Source of the DNA: Marsupella aquatica
Taxonomy: Eukaryota > Plantae > Marchantiophyta
Length of the DNA: 64,000 bases
Reading direction: 5' to 3'
Assembly: GCA_973895155.1 (NCBI GenBank)
Contig: OZ316892.1
Coordinates: 6,314,847 to 6,378,846 of the forward strand
Shown here: positions 35,650-48,900 of the stretch, piece after piece
How the letters are laid out: the number at the start of each line of letters is the position of its first letter
Position numbering within the stretch: position 1 is the first letter of the stretch
Position numbers and translations under genes: made by a program
Notes under the pieces: model-generated
Told to the model about the DNA's origin: nothing
The model's database searches: none
The model's input: the letters and a program-made list of their open reading frames with translations, nothing else

Positions 35650-38600
35650 CTGCATCTCCATACCACACTCCAATAATCAATAATGGAACCAAAGGCGCAA
35701 GTCTGTTAATTGTTTTTTAACAACACAAAAGATGGTTCTACTGCATTACACAAACTTGCTTGTTGTACATATTTTGAATTTAACATTATTCTCCAAAGTT
35801 ATCCTCATTCAAACACATATGAAGAAGTCGATGGTAGGTACTGCCCAAAAATTCATACAAAAGTATTAGTGTATTTGGCAAATTATATGTACCACGAAGA
35901 TTGCTCACCTACAGTCCATCCAGCTACTTAGCAGTGCACACATTTCAACAACCCAGTGAAATCATACGAAGCTTAAAAAGACAGACAGCAATATCTGACC
36001 CAAGGAATTTAGGAGATCAAAAAGTTGCCTACTATGAGAGAAAAAGTGTTAGAATTCTAGTAATAATGTTCAGCTCCATGCAAAATCCTATGATGGAGTA
36101 TGGAACCTGATCGGCAGAGATGAGAGGAATTTATGCAAAAGAAAAGTGTGAAAATAAGGTTCTCAGTTGTGCAAAATAATATATGGAGTACCGGACTCTT
36201 ATCTGTGAACATATGATCATCAACAACAACTAACTTCTGTTTGAGAAGCTATAGTCACATTGATAGTTTACAATAAGTGGGAGTGTCCAATGTCACAAAT
36301 GACTCCTTGTCTAAGATCAACTTTCACAGTCCTTGCATTCTTTTGGCACAGGGGCTGTCAAAATTAGGAGGATTTCCAAGTCAATAAAGACTCCATTGAT
36401 AATTATGTGTATGCTGACAAAGGAGATAACTCAAAATTTCGTTTCAGCTAGCAGCTGTTCTAGACTACACATTTGAGCTGCCTCCAAAACAAGAATATAT
36501 CATAGTTTGAGCCCTGTCTTTCAGAATTTCTAGGAGGCTATTGTATCATAATTAAATTAAATTGAATTGAATTGAAGATTTGAGGCCAAAACAAGGTTGG
36601 ATCTTTCATCTTGATCCTCTTTAATTTGATCCTGGCATATGAGGGTGACAAGTCAACAAATTTCTAAGTGGAAACCTAATTGTGGGCTCATACCCTCTTG
36701 CAAACTTTGTTCTGCTGTGTGACTCAGGAACCCAACAATAATAATAGCCTTATGCAAGTGTTGTTGGAAAAGGGGAGCATGTTAGTTCTTTGTGAGTGGT
36801 TGCCTAGATGACAGCTAAATCAATTGAGCTTGTTGTGGATGAAATATGACAAGGTGGGCAGGAAGAGATCTTACTCCTGATATCTGCGAAAGACATACTG
36901 CTGGAAAAGTTTCCACAATGTTGATTGAAGTCCCCTTCGCCCTAGTAGTCACCTCAAAATTTAGAGTTTTTCTACCCTTATGTACGCAGTGTATTAATTC
37001 AATTGTGCAATCATGCACAATTATAAATCAAGATCATCACAAAAAGAGGGAAAAGTAGAAAATAATTTGAATAAGGCAGTACCAATTTTGCAGAGATGAG
37101 GAGGTTGGAAAAGTTAGCACAAAAGGAGTCTTAAATAAACGGTTTGCTGCTGCAAGCTGACTTAAATTTCTGCATGACACCTAATTAAGAATCAAGTTGA
37201 GATCTTCCTTCAAAGATACACTGTCCACTGCAAATAAGTGTTACACTAATTCTTATGAAGAAAGTTTTGGGCTCTACTCATGAATTAATGGTACTAACAC
37301 TAATTCCACACTGCATGTATGTGTTACTTTATGCCTGGCTAGCAAAAAACCAGCCAAGGTGACTCCCTACTGGCCTATGGGGTAAGGAAAGTTGGCAACT
37401 GCATCTGCTTTGGGTTGCAGCCTGCTGGCTAATAGTCTTTGGTTGAGAGTAAGTTTAGTGGCTAATCCCAAAATTTAGCAGTGCACTCAGGTGGCAAATG
37501 GTAACTTGAACAGCTCCACTAGCTCATTCTTAGGAAACTCCGCTAGCTCATTGTCAACGACTACCAACTATGTACATTGCATGGTAATCAGCAGCAGGTG
37601 AACAACCCTTATCTTGCCTAGAGCTTGCTGGTGAATGGTGCCAGCCCTTGATCCTGATTTGGCGAATGGCTACCATTTTTCCGAGCCCGAGTATCATTAG
37701 CCAGCCCATTTTCTAGGTAAGTTGTTGGTGAATTTTTGCCCACAAAAATATGGCTGCTGGCTAGTACAGCTGCTACAGACTTGGCAGTTCTTGTCAGCTA
37801 AGGCACACTTGAAAGGATAGAGGATGGGTCCTGCACAAGCCCTAAGCCTGCACCATCCTTTAATTTCACTGTGCTGCATAGAGGATCACTAAGTCTGCAC
37901 ACATTTGACAATATTGTAATTTTTATTGTGGAGCGAACTGGCACAGTATAGGAGAAAAGTGAATGACATATGAAAATAGGGGGAGGTCTTGGACACCTCC
38001 CCCTCATATATGGCCAGTGGTGGTAGTTTAGTTTTACTTGAAAAGGGAAAATTAATAAGGGGCAGGGGCAGCCATTTTTGTAAAATTTGCAAAGATGACA
38101 ACTAGCTCTTAAAGCAGGGCAGGAATTCTACAGTACAGACAGACATGAAGTCTAACTATGGAGTACTGATAATCAATAGTCCAGTCATTCTGGCAAATGC
38201 TCCAATTTAGCCTAGAAGTCTAGATATGGAGTACTGGTAATCAATTGTCCAGTGATTCTGGCAAATGCTCCCCCACAGTGGATTCCATGGTGGCGAATGG
38301 CACAGAATCTTAGAAAAATTTAGTTGAGTATCACTCGCATCCTTGTTTTGAAGTGATTGGGACAGTTGTGACCACACGAAAATGCGGGTAGAAGGAAAAA
38401 CTAGTGTACTTCATTTGTCTTCACCTTTTTATGCAACTCAAAAGTGCAGTAGGGTAGGTAGCTCGTCTTCATTGTCTACAAAGTTAGGAAAGACTTCTGT
38501 GTGCTCTGTTTTACGTCGGTAAAACAAATTGGCACACGAAATCAACGCAATTAAAATGGAGGACATTGTGGCAGAAAAGAACCATTCCATTCTGCACAAT

Positions 38601-38799
38601 GTATAGCATCAAAACAGGTGTCTGGCCTTCAGTCTTTACCTCTCAGAGTAAACTGAAAATAGTTTTCAGTGGAAGCTTTTTATTGTGAAGAGTATCAAGA
38701 CAGGTGTCGTAACTTGACCTCTCAATTAGAGCCTGTCTCCATTAAATTGATAATAATTAAATTAGCTACCTTCGTGCAAAGCTTGAAGTGACCCTGATA

Positions 38800-39850
38800 G
38801 GACCCCTCCACCCATATTTTAAAGCTAGCCATCCCCTCTTTCTTCGTGAGCCCCACGGAAGGTTAGAGTAAAAGTTTTCCATTGTGGTAGGTCTGCAAAT
38901 TCTGAGAGTCATTAAGGCAAACCACGCTCTTCCTCAGATACATGTGAGAGGAGAATTTGCCAAAAACAGTAAGGTAACACAAGCATAGACTATCAGTGAT
39001 GCATATCAGACCTTGTGGAATGAACTAGATCCTGGTTGCTACCCAGGTACCACTTTTGCTCCAGAGGTCCGGCAATGTCAGGGAAGGTAAATGCATGATA
39101 GTGCTTGGGTGAACGCTGAGTTCCAGTCTACATAAATGCTTTTGTCGATAACCACACTCTACATAAACTTTTGAAGATGAGAACATCTAAACGTCAGGGT
39201 ACCGTAACTGAATGGACCTTAGTAGAGACTTATTGAAAAAGGTGAGCTTGAGTGAGCTGATGCTAGAGGCAGTTGTAGAGCTCTAATTTGATGGAGCAAA
39301 CGTTTTGAAAAAGTAGCACTGATCAGCAGACTTCAGGTTGTTTTAAGTTTTGCTGTCAACGTATTAGCCATTCCGTGCAGTAGTATGCCTCTCAATGATG
39401 GAGTTAGACGAGGGAGGAAATCATTCATATTTGATGGAAGAATGAACCAGGCATTTAATGAAGTAAGCTGATGAGGCACCCACATCTGTTGGTGAAGAAA
39501 GGAGATGGATGCACCTGGTACAAATAAAACATCATTATAAGTAGTGCTAGAAAAGTCCCCCTACAAGACTCGGCACATATTTGTGCTAGTAATCTGTTTT
39601 AATGGAATTCTATCACTCAAACGTTCGAAGGTAAACCTTGATGTCTCCAAACCATATTCCTCCCTTGCTGATTCATACTACTCTCCTAGTATCAAACGAG
39701 ATGAAAATGAGATGGGGCATGCTTCATCTTCAGCTTCTGAGGCATTTGTGGACAACTGCTTCCTTGGTTGAAGAGTTTTGTGAACACAAATGTCTTCTAG
39801 CTGATCCAACAAGAAGCATTGCAATTTCAGATTTGACAAAGTAAAGTGAG
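38800..39850 (-). other. Putative endogenous viral element: L-protein CRIV-like fragment
   Basis: FLPRLTPSLRGILLHGMANTLTAKLKTT*SLL (39419-39324) matches the spacing of the FxPR...G...LxxKxxTxxxL block of negative-strand virus L. Long, mostly open frame with scattered stops. Confidence 0.4.
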
Positions 39851-39938
39851 GCAGACGTTTGACGGGCGCAAAGACTTTACCTTGTAATGTCCAGACGGAC
39901 GGACATTTTGAAGAGTCAAACCTAGAGATACTCCGAGA

Positions 39939-40806
39939 TCAAAGTAGGAAGATCAGGAGTCCCAGTAACAAAGCTGCCAAAACAGTATACTTCAAAGCTG
40001 AAAGAACAATTGTAATCACCACTAGGATAAGCTGTGAGAAAATCTTGAACAACGCCAAAGTCAGCAAAGCTGTGAAACCCAGTGCTACCAAATTCTCCCA
40101 AGTGGGATCCAACAAGCCCCTCCAGTCGAATCTCAAGCTCTCCAGATCTTGAAGGAGTAATTCCTCCTCAGCACCCAATGTGTTATCCTTGTCTTTCTGT
40201 CCTGGCTCCCAAATTTTCCTCCAAAAACCTGGCTTTGAACCTTCATTTTGGAGTGAAGTCTCATTGCTGTCTGCCTCATCCTCCCTACTACTGTCACCCT
40301 TTGCCTCCTCCTCGCTACTAACCTCGCCAATTTCACCCCCACTTTCCTGACTGTCTGCACCCTGCTCATCACCATTTTTTTGCTGTCATTCTGCTCCTCT
40401 AGGGTCTCCTTGTCTGTGTCATTTGTTTCCTCGTGTGAGCTGCTCTCACTATCATCCCTTCTATTTGCCCTTCTTTTTCGTAGGGACCAGCGATTGACAC
40501 TGACACCGGCTCTCTTCTCAACCTTGATGCCATTCCGACCCAGCTGAAATTTCCTCCCCTCTGCTCCAAAATGGGAATAAAACCCACCGCCCAGTTTCTT
40601 CTCACCATTCTCAAAGCTCTCGGAGGCGCCCGTATGTGCCCTGACTGCTCCACAACTGCCCGTCGTCCTCCTATTCCCAGAATTTCTCAAAGAGCGCTCG
40701 CTATGGCCTCCGATCGAGATCCTCACCTGAGTTGCAGATGTCTGCCGAGCAGCAACAGGTCCGAGAACAGGACCGACAATCGTGGCGAAACAGCGGCCAT
40801 CTCCAT
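39939..40806 (-). pseudogene. Conserved plant (likely plastid) membrane protein with C-terminal hydrophobic hairpin; two apparent frameshifts
   Basis: C-terminus FDWRGLLDPTWENLVALGFTALL...LSALKYTVLAALLLGLLIFLL* resembles a conserved plant TM protein. The frame breaks at an A7 run (40375-40381) and shortly after ATG 40806. RRTTGSCGAVRA is transit-peptide-like. Confidence 0.6.
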
Positions 40807-41003
40807 CACCAACAATAGCAGCGGCTACCAAAAAAATGGTACCAAAATGATACCATGATACCAAATGCACCAGAGTCGCGACCTCTGCTCAACACTGCTC
40901 TGTGACTCCTTGAGGCGCAATGGGTGGTGCGCCTGCCCAGTTACCGGTCGTCAACCTCCCCAACCTCCCCTGTCGATAATCACACATCAAAATGTACTAG
41001 TAA

Positions 41004-44000
41004 ACCCTGTACCCGGTGATGCTGTGCAGCTGGCCCCAGCTTCGCTTCTGCTTGTGCATCCTGGAGATGAGATTGCAAAGACTGGACTGAGTGATGGAGC
41101 GATGGTTCCGTCTTTGGGCATGGTCGACTGCATCACTGACTCACAAACCTTTCTAGTAGCCCAAGCACCACCCCTGAATATTATTGACCCGTCACTTGGG
41201 GCACAACTCACCCTGGGTTTTACGTCTGATAGGGGAAGTGAACCCCCTGCTCCCAATCTAGGTGCTGGAAATGACAAGACTTTCTCTTTCCATGAGGAAT
41301 CGGATGCTGAGATGTCTGAATACGAGGCATACATCTCACATAGCAAATTCAAGGCTCGAGCACGTAAACAAGAGCTTGTACCCTGCCTTCTGAGAAGACG
41401 GAGAAGAATAAAGGAGAGGCCAAGAAACAAAGATCACTTAGTTTCTCACGCGGTGCTATGTCTGATGCAGGCAGCGCGGATGGCTTGAGGAACAATCGTC
41501 TGCGGTGCAGCCGTCCAGGAGGGCGTGATAAATTGATTAGGGACCCTGGGAGTGTTCCACGAGGCGGACTGGATGATATTGCCTCTCCCATGCGGGTCTC
41601 CCCGGCAAGGTCCATTAGTGGCTACATGAGTGGACCTATGGACCGTGATGTGACGGGAATGTCCCCTGGCGGACGTAACCGAATTTGAGAAATAGGGGAC
41701 GGGAGGAGGGTGTGCTATGGTCTAACCAGGGCATGGTAACGATATGGAAGGAACATTCAGACTGGCGTCATGGAATGTTTGCGGACTGTGTGAACCGAAT
41801 CACAAGCATGTAATTAAGAATTGGGTTAGTTCGCTGAAGGTGCCACTGGGGATACTAGCACTACAAGAAGTTAAAGCAGATAAATTCAGACTTGATGTGG
41901 CGCTAAGAGCTATTCTACCTTCGTTTCAACATTTCTCTTCTGAGCCGGATGATGGCAGAGGGGGAACGGCACTACTTGTTCACCCTGGGCTGAAGGTGGT
42001 GAGTTCGGGAACACTGGACCTGGGAAGGGCTGTGTGGGCAGTGGTTGAGAAGGAAGCTGTGACTTTTGGGGTAGCCTGTATTTATGCCCCCAACTCAGCA
42101 CGATTACGAGCACTTCTATGGAACGATTTGAAGGTTTTGCTGCCACACAACGATTGGCTGCTGTGTGGCGATTTCAACATGACGGAACGTGGCACTGACT
42201 CAACGGGTTCCTCACCTTTGATTCGAGGTAGAGAGGCTGAATTCTGGAGATTTGAAGATGAGATTTAATCTTACTGATGCGTGGGATATTAGAGGAGGAG
42301 CAATGGGCCCGCATTTCACATGGAGGAGGAATCGGAATGGAGTGCTGATACAGTCCAGATTGGACAGGATCTATGTTAGTGAAAGCGCGCGGAGGATGGC
42401 TCAGTGAAGTCGAGCTCATCCATGATGGGGGATCGGCCCTTTCCGATCATGACCCAGTATTGTTGAATTGGAGAATCACGGGAGCTACAGAGCCGACTGA
42501 GAGAGGGAAGGTAAGACTTTTCATGGCAAACCCAGCGATGCTTAGGAGGAGGGAGGACATGCTACTGTTAGAAGAGGCTTGGAATGTGGGACAAGGGAAC
42601 TTTGCGGATCCGAGAATTCGCTTTGCCAAAGGTAGTTGGAAATTGAGGCAAACACTTAAAATGATTCAAGCCAAACCAAGGACATCGGAGGTGGAAATGG
42701 CATTTCAGAGAGCACAGCTGAGGGCGCTCAAGATGACCATTATTGATAACCATTCAAAGGAGGACATCACAGAGTTTATGGATGTTGAGGACACGTTGCA
42801 TGCATCGGAGATGGAGGAAGCGCAGAGAGGGCGCAGGCTGGCACATATTAAGTGGTTAGGGGAAGGCGAGGAATCTACTAAATTTTTCTTTGCCACTATT
42901 AAAGCCAAAAGATCCCGGGAGTCTATGTCTTCCCTGAGTTTGGAGGACGGGAGTACAATTTCTGAACCTGGCCAAATTTTGAGGGAGGTTGAAAAGTTTT
43001 GCGACACGTTATACACACCTGAGATCCTTTCTGAAGAGGAGACAGCGAGGAGACGAGCACGATTTTACAAATGGAGAAGCTCCCGTCATACCAGGAGGTG
43101 AAGGATGTACTGTGGCTCCTGCCGTGTGACAAAACACCCGGTCCTGATGGGTTGACAGCGGAAGTATATCGTGCATGTTGGGGATTCCTGGGACAGGACC
43201 TGGTGGATATGATACAAGAATTTTGGCTTACCGGTGGTCTGGATGCAGGGATCTGTGAAGGGATAATTAAATTCATCCCTAAGAAACCTGACAAACGTTT
43301 CTTATGCGACTGGCGCCCATTGACAATGTTAAACACTACGTATAAACTGATTGCAAAGATCCTTGCCCTGCGACTCAAACCAATCCTGCAAATGATCATC
43401 AGCCCACAACAAACAGGATTTATACCTGGCCGACACATCCTAGAAAATATATCCCTTGCTTGGCTTACATGTGATTGGGTACATAATAGAAGGCGAGAGG
43501 CTTTGTTTCTAAAGCTCGGCTTTGAGAAAGCTTTCGATCGAGTTTTGCATGATTATATATGGGAATGCATGCAGCTGCTAGGGATTAGTGGGCGATTCAT
43601 TATGCTGGTACGAGCATTGCTAGCTCAGGCTTCTTCACGAGCCATTGTGAATGGCCTTCTGTCAAACTCGGTTGAACTTAAGCGTGGGGTTAGACAGGGT
43701 TGCCCTCTGTCACCGTTACTCTTTGTCATTTCCACACAACCACTGATGGATTTTCTTGATGCTGAGATGATGGAAGGCAGACTAAGTGGCTTGCAGGTTA
43801 CACACGATTTCACTATCTGCTACAGGCTTTTTGCTGATGATGTGGGGATGTTTATTCCTGCCACGGAAAGGGCATTTGAGGAGGCGACAACTGCTCCTGA
43901 ATGCTATGAGTGGGGTAGTGGTGCTCGACTGAATCTGAAGAAGTCAGTTGTGATTCCGTTGGCAATTGAGGCGGTTCCTGAGTGGCTGACAAACACTGGC

Positions 44001-45905
44001 TGTCTTATCAGTCAAAAGGGAGAGATTCAAAAATATATGGGAGCACCATTTGGAGAAGGACTGAGCACGGAACAACTGCACAAGTTCTGCTTGGATAAGA
44101 TCTGTGCTAGACTTTCTGTGTGGTCCAATAAGCTGCTTTCATTCACGGGACGTTCATTACTGGTTAAGCAGGTATTGCTTGCTATCCCGATATACCATGT
44201 GATGTACTGTAAAGCGTCCGATGGCCTGGCCAGGAAACTTATTGCGCTCAGTAGGGAGTTCTTATGGGGATATAATGCCACAGGAGGGCGGAAGATCCCA
44301 CTTGTGGCTTGGGACAGGATGGCGCTGCCATGGGTAGAGGGGGGATTGGGATTTTGTGATTTTCGCAGTCATTCAGATGCGCTTCTCTCTCAATGGTTTA
44401 CTAAGGCACTCAACTCATCGGAGCTGGAATGGTCTAAGATGCTGGCGGCCAATCTGGCTCTGATGGGTTGGATGAATTACAAGGTCATCAGGTGCAATGG
44501 ATACTCCTTTCAAGACCAGCTTCTCTTGTGCTCTCCTCGATCATTTAGCGGACTCCCTTACACGACGGGTCTCTAGCGAAGCTGGGAGCTTGTGAGGGCG
44601 CATTTATCCTTTGTGCCCGGGAGAGTAGGGCCGCCGGCCAGGTGGAGCATTACTGACACGCTTAGATGCATGGTGGGCTATAATGCTCTCCCGATTAGGG
44701 TCATCACGGAGATAGCGGCAATTTGTGGCAGGCTGGGAATGAGATCTATTGGGGATGGATGGTCTGTGGAAGATGGATGCTGGAAAGATCTCCCGCTAAG
44801 ATGGCACAACCTGCGGGGCTTCTCAGATGAAAATCAAGCGCTGGCAAGAGCATTTCTGGAGAGCCTTTGGTGCACGAACAATTGTCGTGTTGAGTATTAT
44901 CTATACGCCAAGCAGTGGAGATGGACAGATAAAACAGAACCACTGAAGGACTTTAGAATTGCAAATTGCCGGGGGTATGACTTCCTGAGGCCCAAGACCT
45001 CCACCCATGAACGTCTTAATAGAATGTGGTCTCTTTCCTGTGCTGAGCTGGGATGGAATGTGCTTTGGACCAGGATCTGGGGATCTGATTTACCTATCCG
45101 GGGAAAGATGTTTATCTGGCGGATCATCGTTGGGGGCCTATTCACTGGAGCCCGTGCGCTGCGAATTGGTGTCAGTAATGGAGACTGTAAGCTCTGCAGT
45201 GGGAGCCTCAAATCTGTCCCTCACCTTTTTTTCCTGTGTCCACATGCTGTTCGCTGCTGGGACCTATGTCAGGTGTCGCTGAGCTCTTTAGATTTGCCAA
45301 TTGGTCTCGGACTGATTGCCCTGCTTGACTCGTCATGTGGGAAGGAGCCTGTCCAGGTAGCTAGGATGTTTATCTTACATCAGATTCTCTGGCGGCTTTG
45401 GTTGGGACGAAACACGCATCTGTTTCAGACGGGGGCAACATGGGTGTTTGATTTGGGGCTTGCTTTGTCTGAGACGGCAGACAACTTATTTGCGGTTCAT
45501 AGGCGTTGCCCCCCAAGCAGGAAGAGCACAAGGCTTCTACAAGCCAAATCCTGGATCGACAGCCTTCGTAGGGGTTGGCTTGGATGTGGTGGGAGATTTA
45601 TCTCTTCTGGATGATGGGTCGATTGTTGGCTGCCTTTTGTTGCTTTCTTGGCTTAGATCTCCAAATTTGGACTGGCCGTGTGATGTGTCTCTTAGTGTTT
45701 CTTTGTGACAGTGCCCTCCCTGTTGTGCTCTGTTCGGGTGCGGGGGTGTTGGGTTGAGGCGGGAGCCTGGCCCTTTGATGTGTCGGTGTGATTGGGCTGC
45801 TGCCCTGCTGGATGTTGCCTTCTTGGCCTTGCTGCCTGTTTGTGCGCCCTTCCCGTGGGGCTTTTCGCGGGGGAACAAAATTTATAAAATGGCTACCATT
45901 CAATG
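41004..45905 (+). mobile_element. 5'-truncated L1-type LINE (endonuclease, RT, zf-RVT), inactivated
   Basis: EN: SWNVCGL, LQEVK, IYAPN, GDFN, SDHDP. RT: KTPGPDG, RGVRQGCPLSP, LFADD. zf-RVT: CKLC...HLFFLC. Frameshifts near 42250 and 43060; stop at 44574-44576. TSD AAAATGTACTAGTAA at 40989-41003 and 45906-45920. Confidence 0.93.
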
Positions 45906-48900
45906 AAAATGTACTAGTAACATAGAGTGTGCACTCATTCATTTTAAGAAAATAAGGAGGTTTAGCATGGAATGGAAGGATGTAGTAAGTAGCATGTGTC
46001 ATATTTTGATGTGCAGTTATAGGGACCCCTGAATTTCCCTCAGGAGTGGAAGGCCATGCGGGTCGGCCTCCCTATCCTTTCTGCGGCGGGTCAACCTGCA
46101 CATTCACTTTGAATGACAATATCGAGGTTCATTAATGAGCCTCACACACTCCCTGCCCACCAAAAGATGTGCTTGTAAATTTTTCCAAAGTTTGGAAGCT
46201 GGTGAACGAACTCCACTTTTGGGTGAGGTTTGTTACAAAAAACTGGTGCCAGGCAGGATTGGAACCAGGATTGGAACCCCACAGCTCTGGGTCTAACTCT
46301 GCTGGCCTACCACTAACCTAGCATCTGCTTTACGAAAATGACTCACGTCAAGGTCAATAGTAGAATTGTCATCATACTACTTAACTACTATCACTACTAG
46401 CATCAATGTCCCAGTAGTCAACTTGAAACACCTCAAAGTCTTGAATGTCCATTGAGATCTCTGCACACCAGAGAGAAACTGGGACACAAAATAAGTTTGT
46501 GAGCTAAAGTAGGATGCAGAAGTCATAAGTACACTACAACAGACACAACTTGAATTACATGCTAGTTCCTTTAGTCAATTGTCCAAGCTCTCGCTAAACT
46601 ATGCTCCCAGGAGTCTCAGCAAAGAGTTCATTAATCTCTTTGCCAACGTGTACAAATGCTTCTTCGAGCCACCCGTTTAGCCTTTTGCCAACCTCTCGCT
46701 AAATTGAGAGAGTCCTCTTCATAGATTTTTGAGTTTTCTTGCAAAAGGTCTTCTGTTATGACCACGTCCATGGGGTGCTCTCCCATAACATCAAGAGCAG
46801 CAGGCATTACATTTTCATCGGGTCCCTCCGCTGCTCACAGTTTGTTTTCTTCAGCCATCCCTCCCGCTGTTTGCCTAAGATGCCTTGCAAATATTTCCCA
46901 GCTGAATCCTGAGCATCCCGGCCCTACAGAAGAATCTTGCAAAATGTTTTCCACCAGAATCCTGTACATCCGGGCCCTACAAAAGGTGGCTCACAAAGGG
47001 TATCCTGTAATAGAATCCTGGACCTCCAGGCCCTACATTTGCAATATATCATAATGAACAACAAGGTAGATGTAGGGTAAGTTTCATACCAGCAAGCCAA
47101 ACTAAAAACAGCTAGACACAATAAATAATAATTCACAAGGTGGGTCCGAGAAGCTGTCCCACAGCTGAATCCTGGACCTCCAGGTCCTACATAAGATTCA
47201 AAACTTTTGATTACTTCACTAGCAGAGTTGGCACCTCCACTACATAAAGTTGCCTACGACCGATAGTAATTATCGCTGTTTTGACCAGAGGAGAGACAGA
47301 GGTGCAAAGGCAAAGAAATTGAATTTTCAGCACACCATTTGTGACGATGATGGGGTTTTGGAATTTGCAAAACAAAAGGGACATTTCTTTAATAAAAAAT
47401 GGGAAAGGAGGCATCTTGCTGATGCATTTCTTGCACCCTTGGCATTTCTTTGGAGTTTTTATGAATCATAAAAGTGTCGTGCCAATATTCACTTTGAAAC
47501 CGCCCTTCCTTAGGCAATTTAATTTTCTTTGGGAACAGCACACCCCCAGACTGCCTTTGCCTCACATCACCCAAGTGCTCCATCCCCAACTTCACCCCCA
47601 CTATTGCACAGCTAACAATTTGGGCAATCGAACGGCCCAGGCTGAGCCAGCCATGCCAGCATAAACCTGTCGCACAAGTGATCAGGCATCTTGGATCACC
47701 TGGTTTACAAGACGAAGGACAATCCCATTGAAGGCAAGAACATATCTTCAAGGCCAGATTGGTGGCCAAGGGGTTTACATAGGGGAAGTTTAACACAAAG
47801 AGGGTCACTCTATGAGATTTAGGTATTGCGTGAAAATTAAAATAACAAAAGAGAATTTGTGTTTTAGTACATGTGTGAATTTATTTTCCCACTCCAATGA
47901 GTGAAGATATTCATTTGTTGTTGTTGGGAAGAAGAGAATAAATTCTCCATTGTCCAAATTGCGTAAGGAGTTCTTTTGTGAGCAAGAAAATCAAGGCCAG
48001 AACTAGGGCTGCGTCTTGTGTTTCGGGCATGAGTAAGCCAGGGGGGATAACTTTGAGAGGTATTGTAGAAGCTGCAAAAGTAGTGGAAGATCTGCAAAGA
48101 AGCAGTCAGCAAAAAAGTCCGAGCGAAAATATGCGGTCACCAACTTGGTGTACAGCACACTTTGAGGTTGTGTCCTGCCCCCCAAACTCTCGGCCTTACT
48201 AAAAGTCCCCCTTTATTAAAGTTTGAGATGCACTATTGTACACCCCTTATTTTAGAATAATTATAAATTCAGACCTACCGTAGCAGCCATAAGGTGCATT
48301 CCACTCCGGGTGACTTGACGTTCCAGGGCATACTCCACAGACGTACCTGACGAAGAGATCTACTTCCTTTCATCTAAGCCGTCCATTAGCAAGAGCGGCT
48401 GGTGATATCATGACAACTTTACCCTGGAGAGGTGTTAGTGGGGACTACTTTAGGTGATTCCCCGACAGCTTGTCCAATAATTCCACCCCATTGATGCCTT
48501 GCCAGCCTACTCCGTGTACTAAATAAATGCCCATGGAAAAGTGAATCATACGAGAATTTGAATTTCTTTGAAGAAAGAAAGAACCATAATTTATACAAAA
48601 GTGCAAAAACAAAGTGAGAAACAAAGTGCAATGAAGGGAACATAAAATAAAAGAGGTCCAAAGAAGGCAACCCTGAAAACCGAAGAAGAAGAAAGGGAAT
48701 GTTTGAAGTAATCGTGAAACCTAAGCCATTATTTTTTCAGATTTTTACTTAAATGGAGCAAAGCAATTAGCCTTGACTTGACAAGCAACAGGTTCCTGTG
48801 GGTCATAGGTGTCATATGTGCTGTTTTGGGGCTGGGTCTCATTTGTGGTTAGACTTTGCAATTCAGTGGAATATGTGTGAGAGTACTTTCATAGTAATCC

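Noticed and set aside
40133-40988. Inverted 5' part (ORF1) of the LINE
   Set aside because: It lies outside the TSD and encodes a plant membrane-protein C-terminus.
46904-47191. Four ~25-bp repeats (GAATCCTG...GCCCTACA) with ~30-bp gaps, CRISPR-like
   Set aside because: The repeats are degenerate, the first spacers resemble each other, spacing is irregular (53, 56, 154), there are no cas genes and the context is eukaryotic. This is a decayed tandem repeat.
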